Shown here: one piece after another, positions 33,123-52,504 of the stretch
Layout: each line of letters starts with the position of its first letter
How positions within the stretch are numbered: the first letter of the stretch is position 1
Assembly: GCF_009914755.1 (NCBI RefSeq)
Contig: NC_060926.1
Direction: 5' to 3' (one strand)
From: the human T2T-CHM13v2.0 reference genome, Homo sapiens
Length of the DNA: 64,000 nt
The notes under the pieces: generated by a model
Databases searched by the model: none
What the model saw: the letters and a program-made list of their open reading frames with translations, nothing else
What the model was told of the DNA's origin: nothing
Translations under genes and position numbers: made by a program

Positions 33123-34942
33123 GTCTCTCAACAAAGAAAAGTCACAGACCACATGACTTCACTGCTGAATTCTACCAAACTCTCGAAGAAGAACTAACAT
33201 GAATTCTCCTCAAACTATTTCAAAAAATGAAGAAGACAGAATTCTCCCTGACACATTCTTTGAGGCCAGTATTACCCTGATGCAAAAACCAGACAAGGAT
33301 ACAACAACAAAAAAGAAATCTATAGGTCAATATCCCTAATGAACATAGATGCAAAAATCTTCAACAAAATACTAGCAAACTGAATGAAACAGCATATCAA
33401 AAAGATAATATATATATATACCATGATCATATGGGATTTATCCCAGTGAATGCAAGGATGGTTCAACACATGCAAATCAATAAACATCAAACATCACATC
33501 AACAGAATTAAGGGCAAAAACCAAATGATCATCTCAATAGACACAGAAAGCATTTGATAAAATTCAATATCCCTTCATGATAAAAAAAAATTCAACAAAC
33601 TGGCATAGAAGGAATGTACTTCAACATAATAAAGCCCATATATAACAAATGCCTGGCTAACATCATACTGAATGGAGAAGAGCTAAAAGCCTTTCCTCTA
33701 AGAACTAGAATAAGACAAGAATGCCCACTTTCACCACTGTACTGAAAGTCCCAGCCAGAGTAATCAGGCGAGAGAAAAAAAATAAAAGGCATCCAAATTG
33801 GAAAAGGGAAAGTCAAATTGTCCCTATTTGCTAATGATATGATCTTTTATCTAGAAAAACCTATAGATTCCTACAAAAAACTCCTCTATCTGATAAATAA
33901 ATTCAGTAAAGTTACAGCATACAAAATCAACATAATGTTATGAAACTAGAAATCAGTAACAGGAAATTTGGAAAATTCACAAAGACGTGGAAATTAACAA
34001 CAGGCTTCTGAATAACTAAGGGATCAAAGGAGATCAAATAGAAATCAAAAAATATTTTGAGACCAACAAAAATGGAAACACAATATACTCAAACTTATGG
34101 GATGCTGCGAAAGCAGTTATAAGAGGAAAGGTTAGAACAATAAATATCTACATCAAAAAAGAAGATCTCAAATAAACAACCTAACTTTACACTTTTAATA
34201 ACTGTGTAGCAAAAACAAAGTAAGCCCAAAGTTAGCAGAAGAAAAAAATAATAAAGATTGGAGCAGAAATAAAATAGAGAACAGAAAAATCATTTTAAAC
34301 ATTAATGAAACTAAGGATTGCACAGCAAAAAGCACTATCAACAGTCAAAAAAAAAAACAACTGTTGAATTATGAGAAAATATTTGTGACACTTATCACAG
34401 ATGAATGCTAGTATCCCTAACAATTAAAGGATTTTTGAAAATGTCCTAATATCTTCCAACAACTTTGAAAAGGTGAGATTCAATTTGATTCCCCTTTGCC
34501 GTTTAGGTCTCCATGCTCTAGTGGTACTACTAAGTATAGTGGTAAACTCAAGAGTTTCAGGAGGCCAATAATTCACTTTGCAGACAGGATGCAGATTTGC
34601 TTCTGCAGATTCACTCTGTAATAACCTCAGGAATGAAAACAGGGGTAACTAAAGTTTCTGAAGTTTGGCCCTGTAACCAAATAAATAAAATCCCAGTAAT
34701 GATGATGATGGTGACAGCAGCTAACTTTTGACTCTGTACTTTGTTCTTTGTACTGTGCTAAGCACTTTATATCATTATTTCCTTTTGCTCTCCTTTAAGT
34801 AAGGCAGGTAGTAATTGTCTTCATTGAACAGTGAATAAAACGAGACTCTAACAAGTTAAATAATTGCCCAAGGTCCCACAGGTCAACTCTTTCTCAGGTA
34901 TTACCACCCTCTAATTTAGAGGGTTTCAAAAGGATTAAAGGG

Positions 34943-35250
34943 GGCCGGGCACGGTGGCTCACACCTGTAATCCCAGCACCTTGGGAGGCCAGGTGGGTGG
35001 ATCACCTGAGGTCAGGAGTTCAAGTCCAGCATGATCAACATGGCAAAACCCCGTCTCTACTAAAAATACAAAAATTCACCTGGCCTGGTGGTGGGTGCCT
35101 GTAATCCCAGCTACTCAGGAGGTTGAGGCAGGAGAATCACTTGAACCCGGGAGGCGGAGGTTGCTGTGAGCTGAGATCATGCCACTGCACTCTAGCCTGG
35201 GGGAGGGCGACAGAATGAGACTCCATCTTGGAAAAAAAAAAAAAAAAAAA
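34943..35250 (+). mobile_element. AluS whose A-tail hosts the full-length L1
   Basis: Alu consensus; TSD AAAAGGATTAAAGGG at 34928-34942 and 41411-41425. Confidence 0.9.
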
Positions 35251-41388
<6,138 letters not shown>

Positions 41389-41411
41389 GGAATTGCTATA
41401 AACGAAAAAAA

Positions 41412-41485
41412 AAAGGATTAAAGGGTTCAATGTGTGCCAATTGAAGGGAGATGCAATTGGCACACATTGAACCCTTTAATCCTTT
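41412..41485. repeat. Perfect 32-bp inverted repeat, 10-nt spacer
   Basis: 41412-41443 is the exact reverse complement of 41454-41485. Confidence 0.95.
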
Positions 41486-41499
41486 CACCACCCTCCAGG

Positions 41500-41960
41500 T
41501 GCCCTGCTGGCCCCGGTCCTCCAGGTGCCGGCCAGGCCCCCGCTCACTCACGTTCAGCAGCCGGTGCCCGGTGCCCTCCTGGTTCTTGTTCTTAGGCAGG
41601 GCCGTCGTGCCCTGGTTCAGGGCGTAAGGGACCGAAGAAGCCTCCGACCCTTTAATGTGCATGATATCCGGGCTGCTGTAGGGATTCCTCTGCAATAGCG
41701 GGGTGGCGGACAGGACTTGGACCTGCCCGCTGCGGTTATCAAGTGTGCTGAAAGGCCTATTTGTCTCTTGGGGTGGCTCCATCTCTCCATCTTCTGCGGC
41801 CTGTCTGCGCCCAACCGACGGCCCGCTACTGCGCAGGCGCGGCCCTCCCGCAGCCTTTCTCACATTTTCCCAGCGCGTGCGTGCCGCCTAGTGACCCACT
41901 CAGGCCGGGCCCATGCTGGGAGTGGCTGGAGGCCAGCTTTGGAAGCATGCGTGCTTAGCG
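41500..41960 (-). promoter_or_regulatory. C2CD6: CpG-rich promoter/first exon of C2CD6 with NRF1-like motif TGCGCAGGCGCG (41830-41841)
   Basis: Locally high GC and CpG density in an AT-rich window, directly around the ATG. Confidence 0.7.
41552..41782 (-). CDS. C2CD6: C2CD6 (ALS2CR11/CATSPERT) coding exon 1, MEPPQETNRP...GHRLLN
   Basis: ATG at 41782 in GAGATGG context inside a CpG-rich region; 231 nt = 77 codons; donor AAC|GTGAGT; peptide recognised as the C2CD6 N-terminus. Confidence 0.92.
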
Positions 41961-42505
41961 AGCCTGGAGGGTCTGCTGCAAGCACTTGCCAGGCCATTTC
42001 AGTCTCCTTTAGAAGGAAATCAGAGCACGCTGGTGGAGAGCAAGGCCCCTCATGGGGCCCAACCACTTTAGTTCACTGTCTTGTCCGCCCTGTAGCCCTC
42101 ACGAGTCCTTTTCTCCCTGCACCATTTCTTTCTAGAAGATTTACAGTGTCAGTCATTACTTCCTCTACACTGTCCCGTGAGCTCCAGATGTTAAATATCC
42201 AACAGTCTACTTTGACATCTTTACCCAATTGTTCCACAGACACATAACACGTTAATATTCATCTTCCCTCTTAAACCTCTAGTAGGTTCCAAACTCATTT
42301 GGTGCAGCAATGTCATATCCACAAAATCTTAAACATTCAGACACATTTTAAAATTCTGACCCTAAATATCTGAATCTTACTTACCTTTTCCCTTTATGGC
42401 ACCTAATTTGGGACAACACACACACGAGACAATTGCAATGATTTACTCATGGGTCTGCCAACCTGCTGTCATCCATCCCTTTCACTGCCCCCGTATTAGT
42501 CCTTT

Positions 42506-42820
42506 GCAGTAACGAATGGAGCTGAAGGCCATTATCCTAAGCAGACTAACACAGGAACAGAAAACCAAATACCACGTTCTCACTTATAAATGCGAGCTAA
42601 ACAATGAGAACACATGGACACAAAGAGGGGAGCAACAGACACTGGGGCCTACTTGACGGCGAAGGGTGGGAGGCGGGAGAGGATCAAAAACTACCTTTTG
42701 GGCACTAGGCTTATTACCTGGGTGATGAAATAATCTGTACACCCCCATGACACAAAATTTACCTATATAACAAACCTGCACATGTACCCTTGAACCTAAA
42801 AGTTAAAAATATAAATAAAT
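42506..42820 (+). mobile_element. Old L1PA 3' fragment
   Basis: L1 3'UTR motifs (gaaataatctgtac, cctgcacatgtaccc). Confidence 0.8.
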
Positions 42821-43081
42821 GCAAACAGAACAAAACCAGAGAATTCCAGAACTTCTTTATTGTACATAAAAATCTGAATTTCTTAATATGGAAACCAAAG
42901 GTCTGCAAAATGTACTCTCCTAGCTCAGGATCATTATTTATTCCTCTTATTTTTGGAATCTATTCTTCTTTTATTCAAGGACCAACTCAAAGGTCAGCTT
43001 TTAGTTAACTCTTATATCCCCATACACATATCCTAAAGGCAGAGTTAACTGCTATATCCAAGCTACTTCTTGGCATATCCT

Positions 43082-43514
43082 TGTCAGCCTAAATAACAGA
43101 GAGGGAGACTCTCTGAAAGAAAATGATGTTTATTCAGGAGTAGGCATTGCAATAAGAATACAAGTGCCACAGTAAACTATGTGCATATACAGGGAGGTCA
43201 AGGAAGACAACGGTTTTTAAAGCAAAAATGATTGTTTTGAGAGAATTATCCTTGGCTACAAGGATCAATAACAAGGATGTTGCCAGTTGGACATTGGACA
43301 GGGAGTTGCTGGGCAAATGTCCTCATAGAAGTATTTTTTGTGTGTGTCAGGTTGTGATGGCCTTTGTGCAAGGTGTGGTTTTGTGCAGTCTTTTAATGAT
43401 AGTCCTCATTATCAGACATCTGTGCATGAAAATCGTCCTTTCACGGCCTTCCCCAGCTCTATTTGTTAGGATTTTTAACACAATGACCAGAACTTGATTT
43501 TGACAACTTTCACA
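43082..43514 (-). mobile_element. Solo ERV1 (MER4-group, MER31/MER67-like) LTR
   Basis: TG...CA ends, 4-bp TSD TCCT (43078-43081, 43515-43518), internal AATAAA at 43129-43134. Confidence 0.75.
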
Positions 43515-44308
43515 TCCTATTAGTGGGCTCACACTGTTAGTTGCTAATCTCAAAAGATAGAGTTCTTTAGGGGCAGGAACCTGCACCTCACCTTGTGCTC
43601 CTCAGAGTACATGGCCCAATATCCCAAGGCCCTTAACACATTTGTCATTATTTCAGATTTATACTATGTGGTGTGTTAATTACTGCACCCCATGAAACTT
43701 GCTGTCCAGCAGCTCACTCTGTTCTTAGGGTTCATGTTATGCAACATAAAGTACACAGCATCACAGATGAAGTCATATTTTTTTAAAAAATCTAATCAAA
43801 CCACCAGACCTAACCTCCAGTCTATAGGAAATTCAGGAGATTGAGGAACAAATTAAGTGATGTCATTAGGAAAAAGTCAGACAATTAAAAAATGTAGGTG
43901 AGGCACTCTAAAGCAACTAGCTTGGACTCTTCAAAAAATTGTCATGGGAAATTAGAATGGTACCGCCAACTCTGGAAAACAGCTTGGCAGTTTGTAACTA
44001 CATACAACCCATCAGTTTCACTCCTGGGCATTTATCTTAAAGAAATGAAAACTTAATGTTCACACAAAAACTTGCACATGAATGTCCACAGCAGCATTAT
44101 TCACAGACTGGAATGAGCCCAGATATCCTTCAATAGGTCAATGAGTTAAACCAAACAAAACAGTAAAAGGAAATGAACTATTGATACACACAACAGCTGA
44201 GATGACTCAGAAAAAAAGAGATCAACAGAAAAAAAGCGAATCCCATAAAATTACATACTGTATGATTCAATTTATAACATTATTGAAATGACAGAGTTTT
44301 AGAAACTG

Positions 44309-46100
44309 AGCTCTTTGTACCTGGCCAAGGGCTCTGATCAGCAAGGTGCCCCTGTGTTATCTACCCAGTGCAGTGCTTCACCAGGATGGCAATAAAAGTA
44401 TTTTAAGTCAGTGAGTAATGAGAAACCATGATGCCCTACCAATTGGACTGGATCAGCTTGCATGTCAATCTAGTCCACTGTAAGCTGGAGAAAGTTACAT
44501 GAATTCTCATCGACGGCCTCAGCAATGTGCCTCAAGTGTCACTGTGAGATCATTCCCTGCTTCCTGGAGACATGCATTAGCAGTGAACTTCTTCCAAACT
44601 TCCCTGTCATCACAGTCAAACAATTTTTGAGACACACCAGAAACACCAGGGAAAACAGAGTCCTCTGTACAAGTCCTTAATCAGGGAATACTCAATGTTT
44701 TTCCCTGATGAAGGACTTGTACAGGGCCACTAGCTGCTCAGGTTTATATGCCTCCTGGGTCATTACGAGATCTGAAGTCTAAGTTGTACTTCCCAGACCT
44801 GGAAGAATACAAAGGCAACTATGCCCATGGCAGTTACATATTATCAATGTAGCCAGCTTTCCCAAGTGCATTCCACAGCAGCTCTAGCCTTCTTTATTCT
44901 CTAGGATATATAGCTTTCTATTGCTGCCATAAGCAATCACCACCAATTTAGCAGCTTAGTCAACATACACTTGCTATCTTACAGTTCTGTATGTCAAAAG
45001 TATGACATGGGCAGCACCAGGCCAAAACCAAGGTATCCACAGAGCTGCCTTCCTTTCTTGGCTCTAGGGGAGGATTTGTTTCCTTGCTCATTTGGGATAC
45101 TCATAGAACTCAGTTCCTTGTGGTTATGTGACTGAAATCCATTTCCTTGCTCATTGTTGGCCAAGGGCCGTACTCAGCTGCAAGGTCATCACTCTCCTTG
45201 GCTCATGGCCCCCTCTTCCATCTTCAAAGCCAGCAATATCATAACTTCTGACCTCTCTGACCACAGACATAAAAGGCTTTCTTCTCTGCTTTTAAGGACT
45301 CATAAGATTACACTGGACCCTTCTGGATAATACAGGATAATGTCCCCGTTTTAAGGTTCATAACCTTAATCATATCTGCAAATCCCTTTGGCCAAGTAAA
45401 GTAGTATATTCACAAGTTCCAGGGATTAGGACATGGACATCTTTAGGAGACATTATGCAGCCTACCACAATCCCCCACATTGGCAGCAGCTTTCTCACAT
45501 TTCTCTTTGATGACACGGCTCAAGTGTGCTAAGCCTTGGCTCTAACGAGCATGGCTTCCCTGAAGTTTGCTGACGGGGAAGATTATGAACTCCTATACTG
45601 CCAGCTTATTGCCAGATTGAGAACCATTGCTGGTCACAGTGAAAGCTGGAACTAGCAGGATGCCTTCAGAATTGCCAGCAAATTCACAATTCTGTGACAG
45701 CAGGGAGAATCCCTTTTCGGCAGCTCCAGCCTTACAAACAGCAAAAGAGATTCCCAGTATAATGTTCACTCCAAATTTAGACCTATTGTCAGGGTCAACT
45801 GTCTCTATCATCAATTTGTCAATCCTCTTCTGTTCTATAACATTCAGGTGCTTGCTAATCAGGGCAGGCTCAATAGTTTTATTGATGTGCTCAACAGCCT
45901 TTGAAACATTTTTTCCCATAGCTAGTCTTCTCCTCAACTTGAGCTTTAGGGTCTCATATACAACAGCTGAGGTACCATTGGATATAGTTCTGAAGAGATC
46001 TTTCCCAGTGCAGGACCCATCTCAAGAGGGGGATTTCCTGGAAAACCAGAAACCTCTCTGACAAAGAGCTGGAGAACAGAGATGGTGAATTTCTACTCCT
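44309..46100 (-). pseudogene. ENO1P4: Processed, heavily decayed ENO1 (alpha-enolase) pseudogene, split by a MaLR LTR
   Basis: ORF 45593..45937 resembles ENO1 (MGKNVSKAVEHINKTIEPALI...SKFGVNIILGISFAVCKAGA); start codon decayed to ATC at 46081-46083 after GAAATTCACC; C-terminal-like remnant near 44310-44370; no introns; symbol from recall of the locus. Confidence 0.82.
44910..45469 (-). mobile_element. MLT1-type MaLR LTR inside the ENO1 pseudogene
   Basis: MaLR motifs (cacatctgcaaatccct, ttagggattaggacatggacatcttt-like, cagcctaccaca end). Confidence 0.75.
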
Positions 46101-46907
46101 ATTTCTTGTCACTCAGAAAAAAGGGACAGAGGAAAGGGTACTGCAGATGTCAACTGGGAGCCCACAAGCTCACAGGTCTCTCCTTTATTCCCCTGAGCCT
46201 TGCCCTGCTCAGCCTCTTTTGCTACATAGATTTTTAAAATCTCCCTCTATGATCCTGATGTACAACCAGATATGAGAACCACTAGTACAGATTATAATGA
46301 GAAGCAACTTTTTAGTTACTTCTAGGTAAAAAATTTAGGTTATATAATTTTTCAAACAAAACATACATTCCCTTTTTATTGGTCATAATGTAGAGCATCT
46401 TTCAAGCTAAATTATATTATAATTATTACATGATACTCAATCACTAAGCCAGTTTCAGAAAAGACAAACTTCATATTTCAATTTATTCAGTAAGGGGAGG
46501 TCAAAAATGAAGGCTTTTTTCCCTTCTACCATATTCGCTAAATTTATGTTTAAACCTGATATATATTTTATAACACTATTTAAGTTATGGCTTTTTCTAA
46601 ACCAGTGCTTTTTAAGGTAATAGTTATAAATACAACTGTTTTGAGAAAATAGGAAATAAACACTTTCACTTGCTGGTTTCTAGTTCATTATTCCCTTTGT
46701 CATTAAGATGATAATGCTAGACAAATTAATGTTTAGACATAAACAGCAAACACAATTTTAACATTTTTCATAATATTGAGAGATGTTTCAGTATTATATA
46801 ATCAAAAAATCTATTACAAATACACATGTATACATCTTATAAAAATACATTTAAAAACAAAAATGGGACAAATACTGGGTCATTATTCCTCCAAAGGTGA
46901 GCTGGTA

Positions 46908-47042
<135 letters not shown>

Positions 47043-47734
47043 TTATTTATAAATAGTCCTTTAAAAAATTGACATAATATATACTAATAGAAAGCCCTCA
47101 AGTAAGATTTCTTGACAGTGAAATATGATTTAAAAGGTAAGCTGATAACAAATGTACAAGTTTTACATTTTAAAATATTTAAATTTTAAATTATAGACCC
47201 CTTAAAAGTAAAATGTAATAGAGACAATATACACAATCCTACCTGGAAATTTAAGTCACTTAGAGAATCAAAGATCATTAAACAGCTAAAATGTCTAATT
47301 CTACAGTGATCAGATCATCTGAAACATAGGGGACAGATACAGAGGAAGGACTTGGAACTAACAAGAGATGTGTGCCAGGATATTTTAAATGGGTCATCCC
47401 ATTTAATCATCAAAACAACGCAAGAAGCCAGGTATTATCATCTCATTTTATACTTACTTTTTAAATCCACATGTTGTATGACTAACATGGCCTTAAAAGA
47501 ACAGGATTCTGGAAATATTTAGACTGAATACTGCACAATCCAGATGCAGTTTTGATCCCAGCCACAATGTAGAATGTTATTAGCTGACATTTTCTACATT
47601 TAAACTATTACTTAGCATAGATGTTGGCGAAATTCTGCATGCTAAGGCTTCTGAGGCAGATAGGTTGTAAATAGTTGGTCAAATAAAAAATAAAATAATA
47701 ACCAAGACCCAGAAAATATCCATAAAAGATGTTT

Positions 47735-48085
<351 letters not shown>

Positions 48086-48661
48086 TTACAATACAAATAC
48101 TAAACAGTTCCTCAAGCAGCATAAAAGGTTAGCAGTTTGCTAATATGATGATTCTTCTTCAGGTGTTCCAAAAGGGGTCTGGGGACTAGAGATGAGTGAA
48201 TCACTGCACACTGAGCATGTTAAAAGAGTACTAAACACTGTTAGCCAATGAACGGTTAAGAATTTGTACCAAATAGAGAAGGAAGAATAATTGACTTGAG
48301 TATGTGTCCGACAGAGAGGCTATGTAGACAAAGCATGATTTATTTCAAAATTCATCAGCAGGAGACTAAGAGAAGTGAAGAGCAAAGACTTTTTCTACAT
48401 TACTTGAAGGGTTCCAAGAGAAGAAATACCTCCTGAAAATGCACAAGGGCCACAGAAGCCCCTCATTAAGTAGTTCCAGACTCAAGCCCTCCTAGACACT
48501 CCTCCCTGCTTCTCTTGGCATTCTGTTACACCACTTTATTTTCTCTCTTCTTGTATCATTTTAATTTAAATGTGTCTTTGTTATTGGAATATTATAAGCT
48601 ATACCTATTAAAAGGAGGTTTATAAAACCATTATAGAAGATTTCAGGATATTCTTATGCTA

Positions 48662-48979
<318 letters not shown>

Positions 48980-49361
48980 TCAAAGGTTATTTAAACTCTG
49001 AACAGATCTGCTGTATACATTCATATAAATGCAAAGTTAGTATTCCCAAGAAAATTCTCTAAAAGTTTTCCTTCCAACTACCATGACATTAATCCTCAAT
49101 AAAGTATCTTTGCTTTCTCTTTACCTAATGTCCCTAGCCACTCTCTCAAAAAAGACTACTTTTGGATGCTACGTGCAGCATTTGGGGAAAAAAAAAAAAA
49201 AAAAAAAAAAAGACTGCTTCTCTAAGTTTTATGAACTATAATCTCAGCCATCCTGTCAGCTTCATGGCTGGCCGCTGATCTGCAGATGTTGGCTCTCCCT
49301 GTTCCGCTCTTTCTAGCATTGCTTGGTTTTCTGAATCTATCCCAGCTACTCACTCCCATCA

Positions 49362-49789
<428 letters not shown>

Positions 49790-49971
49790 TCATTAAAAAT
49801 GCAGGTGGACATAACAATAGTTACCCATTAACCAAAGGAATAAGTATTTTCTTGCCATATATTTGGAAACAAAAACAGAGCCTTCATTATTTGCAGTTGA
49901 AAAAGAATGGAAGGATAAGAAAAATTGCTGTTATTGCCATTAACAATTGCTAATGTCATTGTGAATTCTTA

Positions 49972-50100
<129 letters not shown>

Positions 50101-50722
50101 TTAACAACCTGGTTTATTTTGAATTTATAGATTAATATCGAAAATAATCTATACTTTCATGACTGATGATATAAAAGAAATTTATTTGACCAAATAAATA
50201 TATTTCAATAGGCCAGACATCCTTATATAAATTTTTGAGAACAATAGGTGCAGAAGGATCTTTTGAGACGTTCACTATTTCATCATTAGAACTGACAAGA
50301 ACCTAGAACATCTTTTTAAAAGTTAAATGACTTGCTCAAGGTCCTAAAACTAGTTTTATTAATATTCTCAAAACTTAGAACAAAATGCATTCCAAATGAT
50401 CAGAAAGATATAAAATATTGTTTGTTATTAAAAGGCCATACCCGCTGAATCTGTTTAATGTCAAGTAGAAAATACAAAAGTTAAAAAGTAAGTAATATAG
50501 TACAATAAATTAAGCTTTTCAAAGTTATTTAGATGAACCTCAATTGAAAAAATAATTCTATCAATATTATGCCTTTTATGTTTCTAATTACAAATTCACT
50601 GAACATCTATAGGTAATGTTTATAAGGAGCAGTAATACAACTTTTAAAAAAAATTATATTTATCCTGGTTCAAAATTATGGTATAACTGAAGTATTACAC
50701 AGTTATCATGTTAAACTGCTTA

Positions 50723-50824
<102 letters not shown>

Positions 50825-51134
50825 TCACAGCGCAGTTGTAAACTTAACAAAACTTTACTTTCTTGACTATAGTTTTTTCCTTCTCTAGTCTAATGCTAGC
50901 ACATATACTATTACTAGGTTTTAAGTAGCTACAGTGTATACTTAACACGCATGACAAAATTATCTAATTTACAAAGGCCACATAAAACATCTAACTAGAC
51001 TACTTTGGACAACATTCCTTTGGGGTTAAAACATCCTAAAGAAAATTAAACTTGATCTATAAAATTTCATTAGTTTCTACCTCTTTCTATTACCCATATC
51101 ATTGGGCTCTAACTCGGTGGATTTTTTTTAAAAG

Positions 51135-51580
51135 GGGCTAAATTGTGTTCCCAAAAAGATATGTTGAACTCCTAACCTGGAGTACTTATGAATGTGACCT
51201 TATTTGGAAGCAGGGTCTTTGCAGATGTAATAAAGATAAGATAAGGTCATTAGGATGAACCCTAATCCAGTATGACTGCTGTCCTTATTAGAATAGACAC
51301 AGATACAGAGATACACAGGGGGAAAGTGCTGCATGACGATAGAGGCAAATATTGGAATGATGCATCTACAGCCAAGGAATGCCAAGGACTGTCAGCAACC
51401 ACTGAAGTGAGGGGAAGGTCATGAAACAGACTCTCCCTCAGAGCCCTGGAAAAAGGAATCAACCCTGGCCACATCCTGATTGCAGACTGCTCGCCTCCAG
51501 ACCCATAAGAGAATAAATGTGCTGTTTTCAGCCAGCCAGTGTGTGGTACTTTGTTACAGCAGTGCTAGGAGACAAATACA
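51135..51580 (+). mobile_element. MLT1-type MaLR LTR
   Basis: gaatgtgaccttatttgga, gccaaggaatgccaagga, tggtactttgttacagcag motifs. Confidence 0.8.
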
Positions 51581-51880
51581 AATGCTCTGAGTTTCACCTA
51601 TACCTGATTTAGATGACATTTAGGAACTTCTGAGTTGACTATATTTGGATGAAATTTTGGACTTATGAATTGATGCTGGAATGGGTGAAGTCTTTTGGGA
51701 ATATTTTGTTTACAATGGTCTCATCCCCTCAAAAAAGAACAGAAGTAGACTGGCCTTAAAACTTTTTGAAGTAACATTGATACTCTATAATTCTATTTTG
51801 AAAACTATCATGGTCAGTGACACATTTTGCTCAGCATTTCCTCCTGAAGAAGTTAGACAGATCTGGAGTCATAGGCATTA

Positions 51881-52093
<213 letters not shown>

Positions 52094-52380
52094 TTATTAT
52101 ACATGAATTACTAAAGTAAAAAGCTAAAACATGTTTAAAATCTCTTCATATACAAGAATAAAATTCAACATTTCATGACAAGTAAAAGCAAGCTCTTTCT
52201 TTTTAGTTACACTGATAGGTAGATCACTCAATTCCAATAGGATGTTTAAAAAATATACCTACCTACCATTTTAAGTTGTGATTTCATTAATAATACTGAA
52301 CAACCAAGAGGTTATTTTTTTCTTTAATTACAGAACTCAGTTAACATTTATTTTAAGAAAAGTCCAACAAAAGCAGCCAC

Positions 52381-52504
52381 CTGAAAGCCCGGTGCACTGT
52401 AAGTGCCACATCTCTGGTGGTCCAGGAAGGCTTCACGTCCATTGACACATCTATGTTTTCTGTGGTCTTTATCAACTCTGAACGATCAGCAGCCTGGAAT
52501 CTCC
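52381..52504 (-). CDS. TMEM237: TMEM237 exon 8, [13 protein letters not shown]...VHRAF
   Basis: 124 nt, AG/GT boundaries. Confidence 0.92.

Larger units (their letters stand above)
29620..34400 (+). mobile_element. Old L1M(A) ORF1-ORF2 fragments interrupted by a 1.7-kb block and an AluY
   Basis: Decayed ORF2 EN/RT sequence continuous across 29830/31568. Confidence 0.75.
42856..46907 (-). other. TMEM237: Candidate TMEM237 3'UTR with alternative AATAAA signals (46482, 46375, 43129, 42970, 42856)
   Basis: TTTATT hexamers on + strand; which are used cannot be read from sequence. Confidence 0.5.

Noticed and set aside
41783-41863. N-terminal extension of C2CD6 in the ORF track
   Set aside because: Starts at GTG, likely at or upstream of the TSS; no support
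41717-42247. 176-aa + strand ORF antisense to C2CD6 exon 1
   Set aside because: Non-ATG start, GC-rich stop-poor sequence running into L2-like repeat; no recognisable homology
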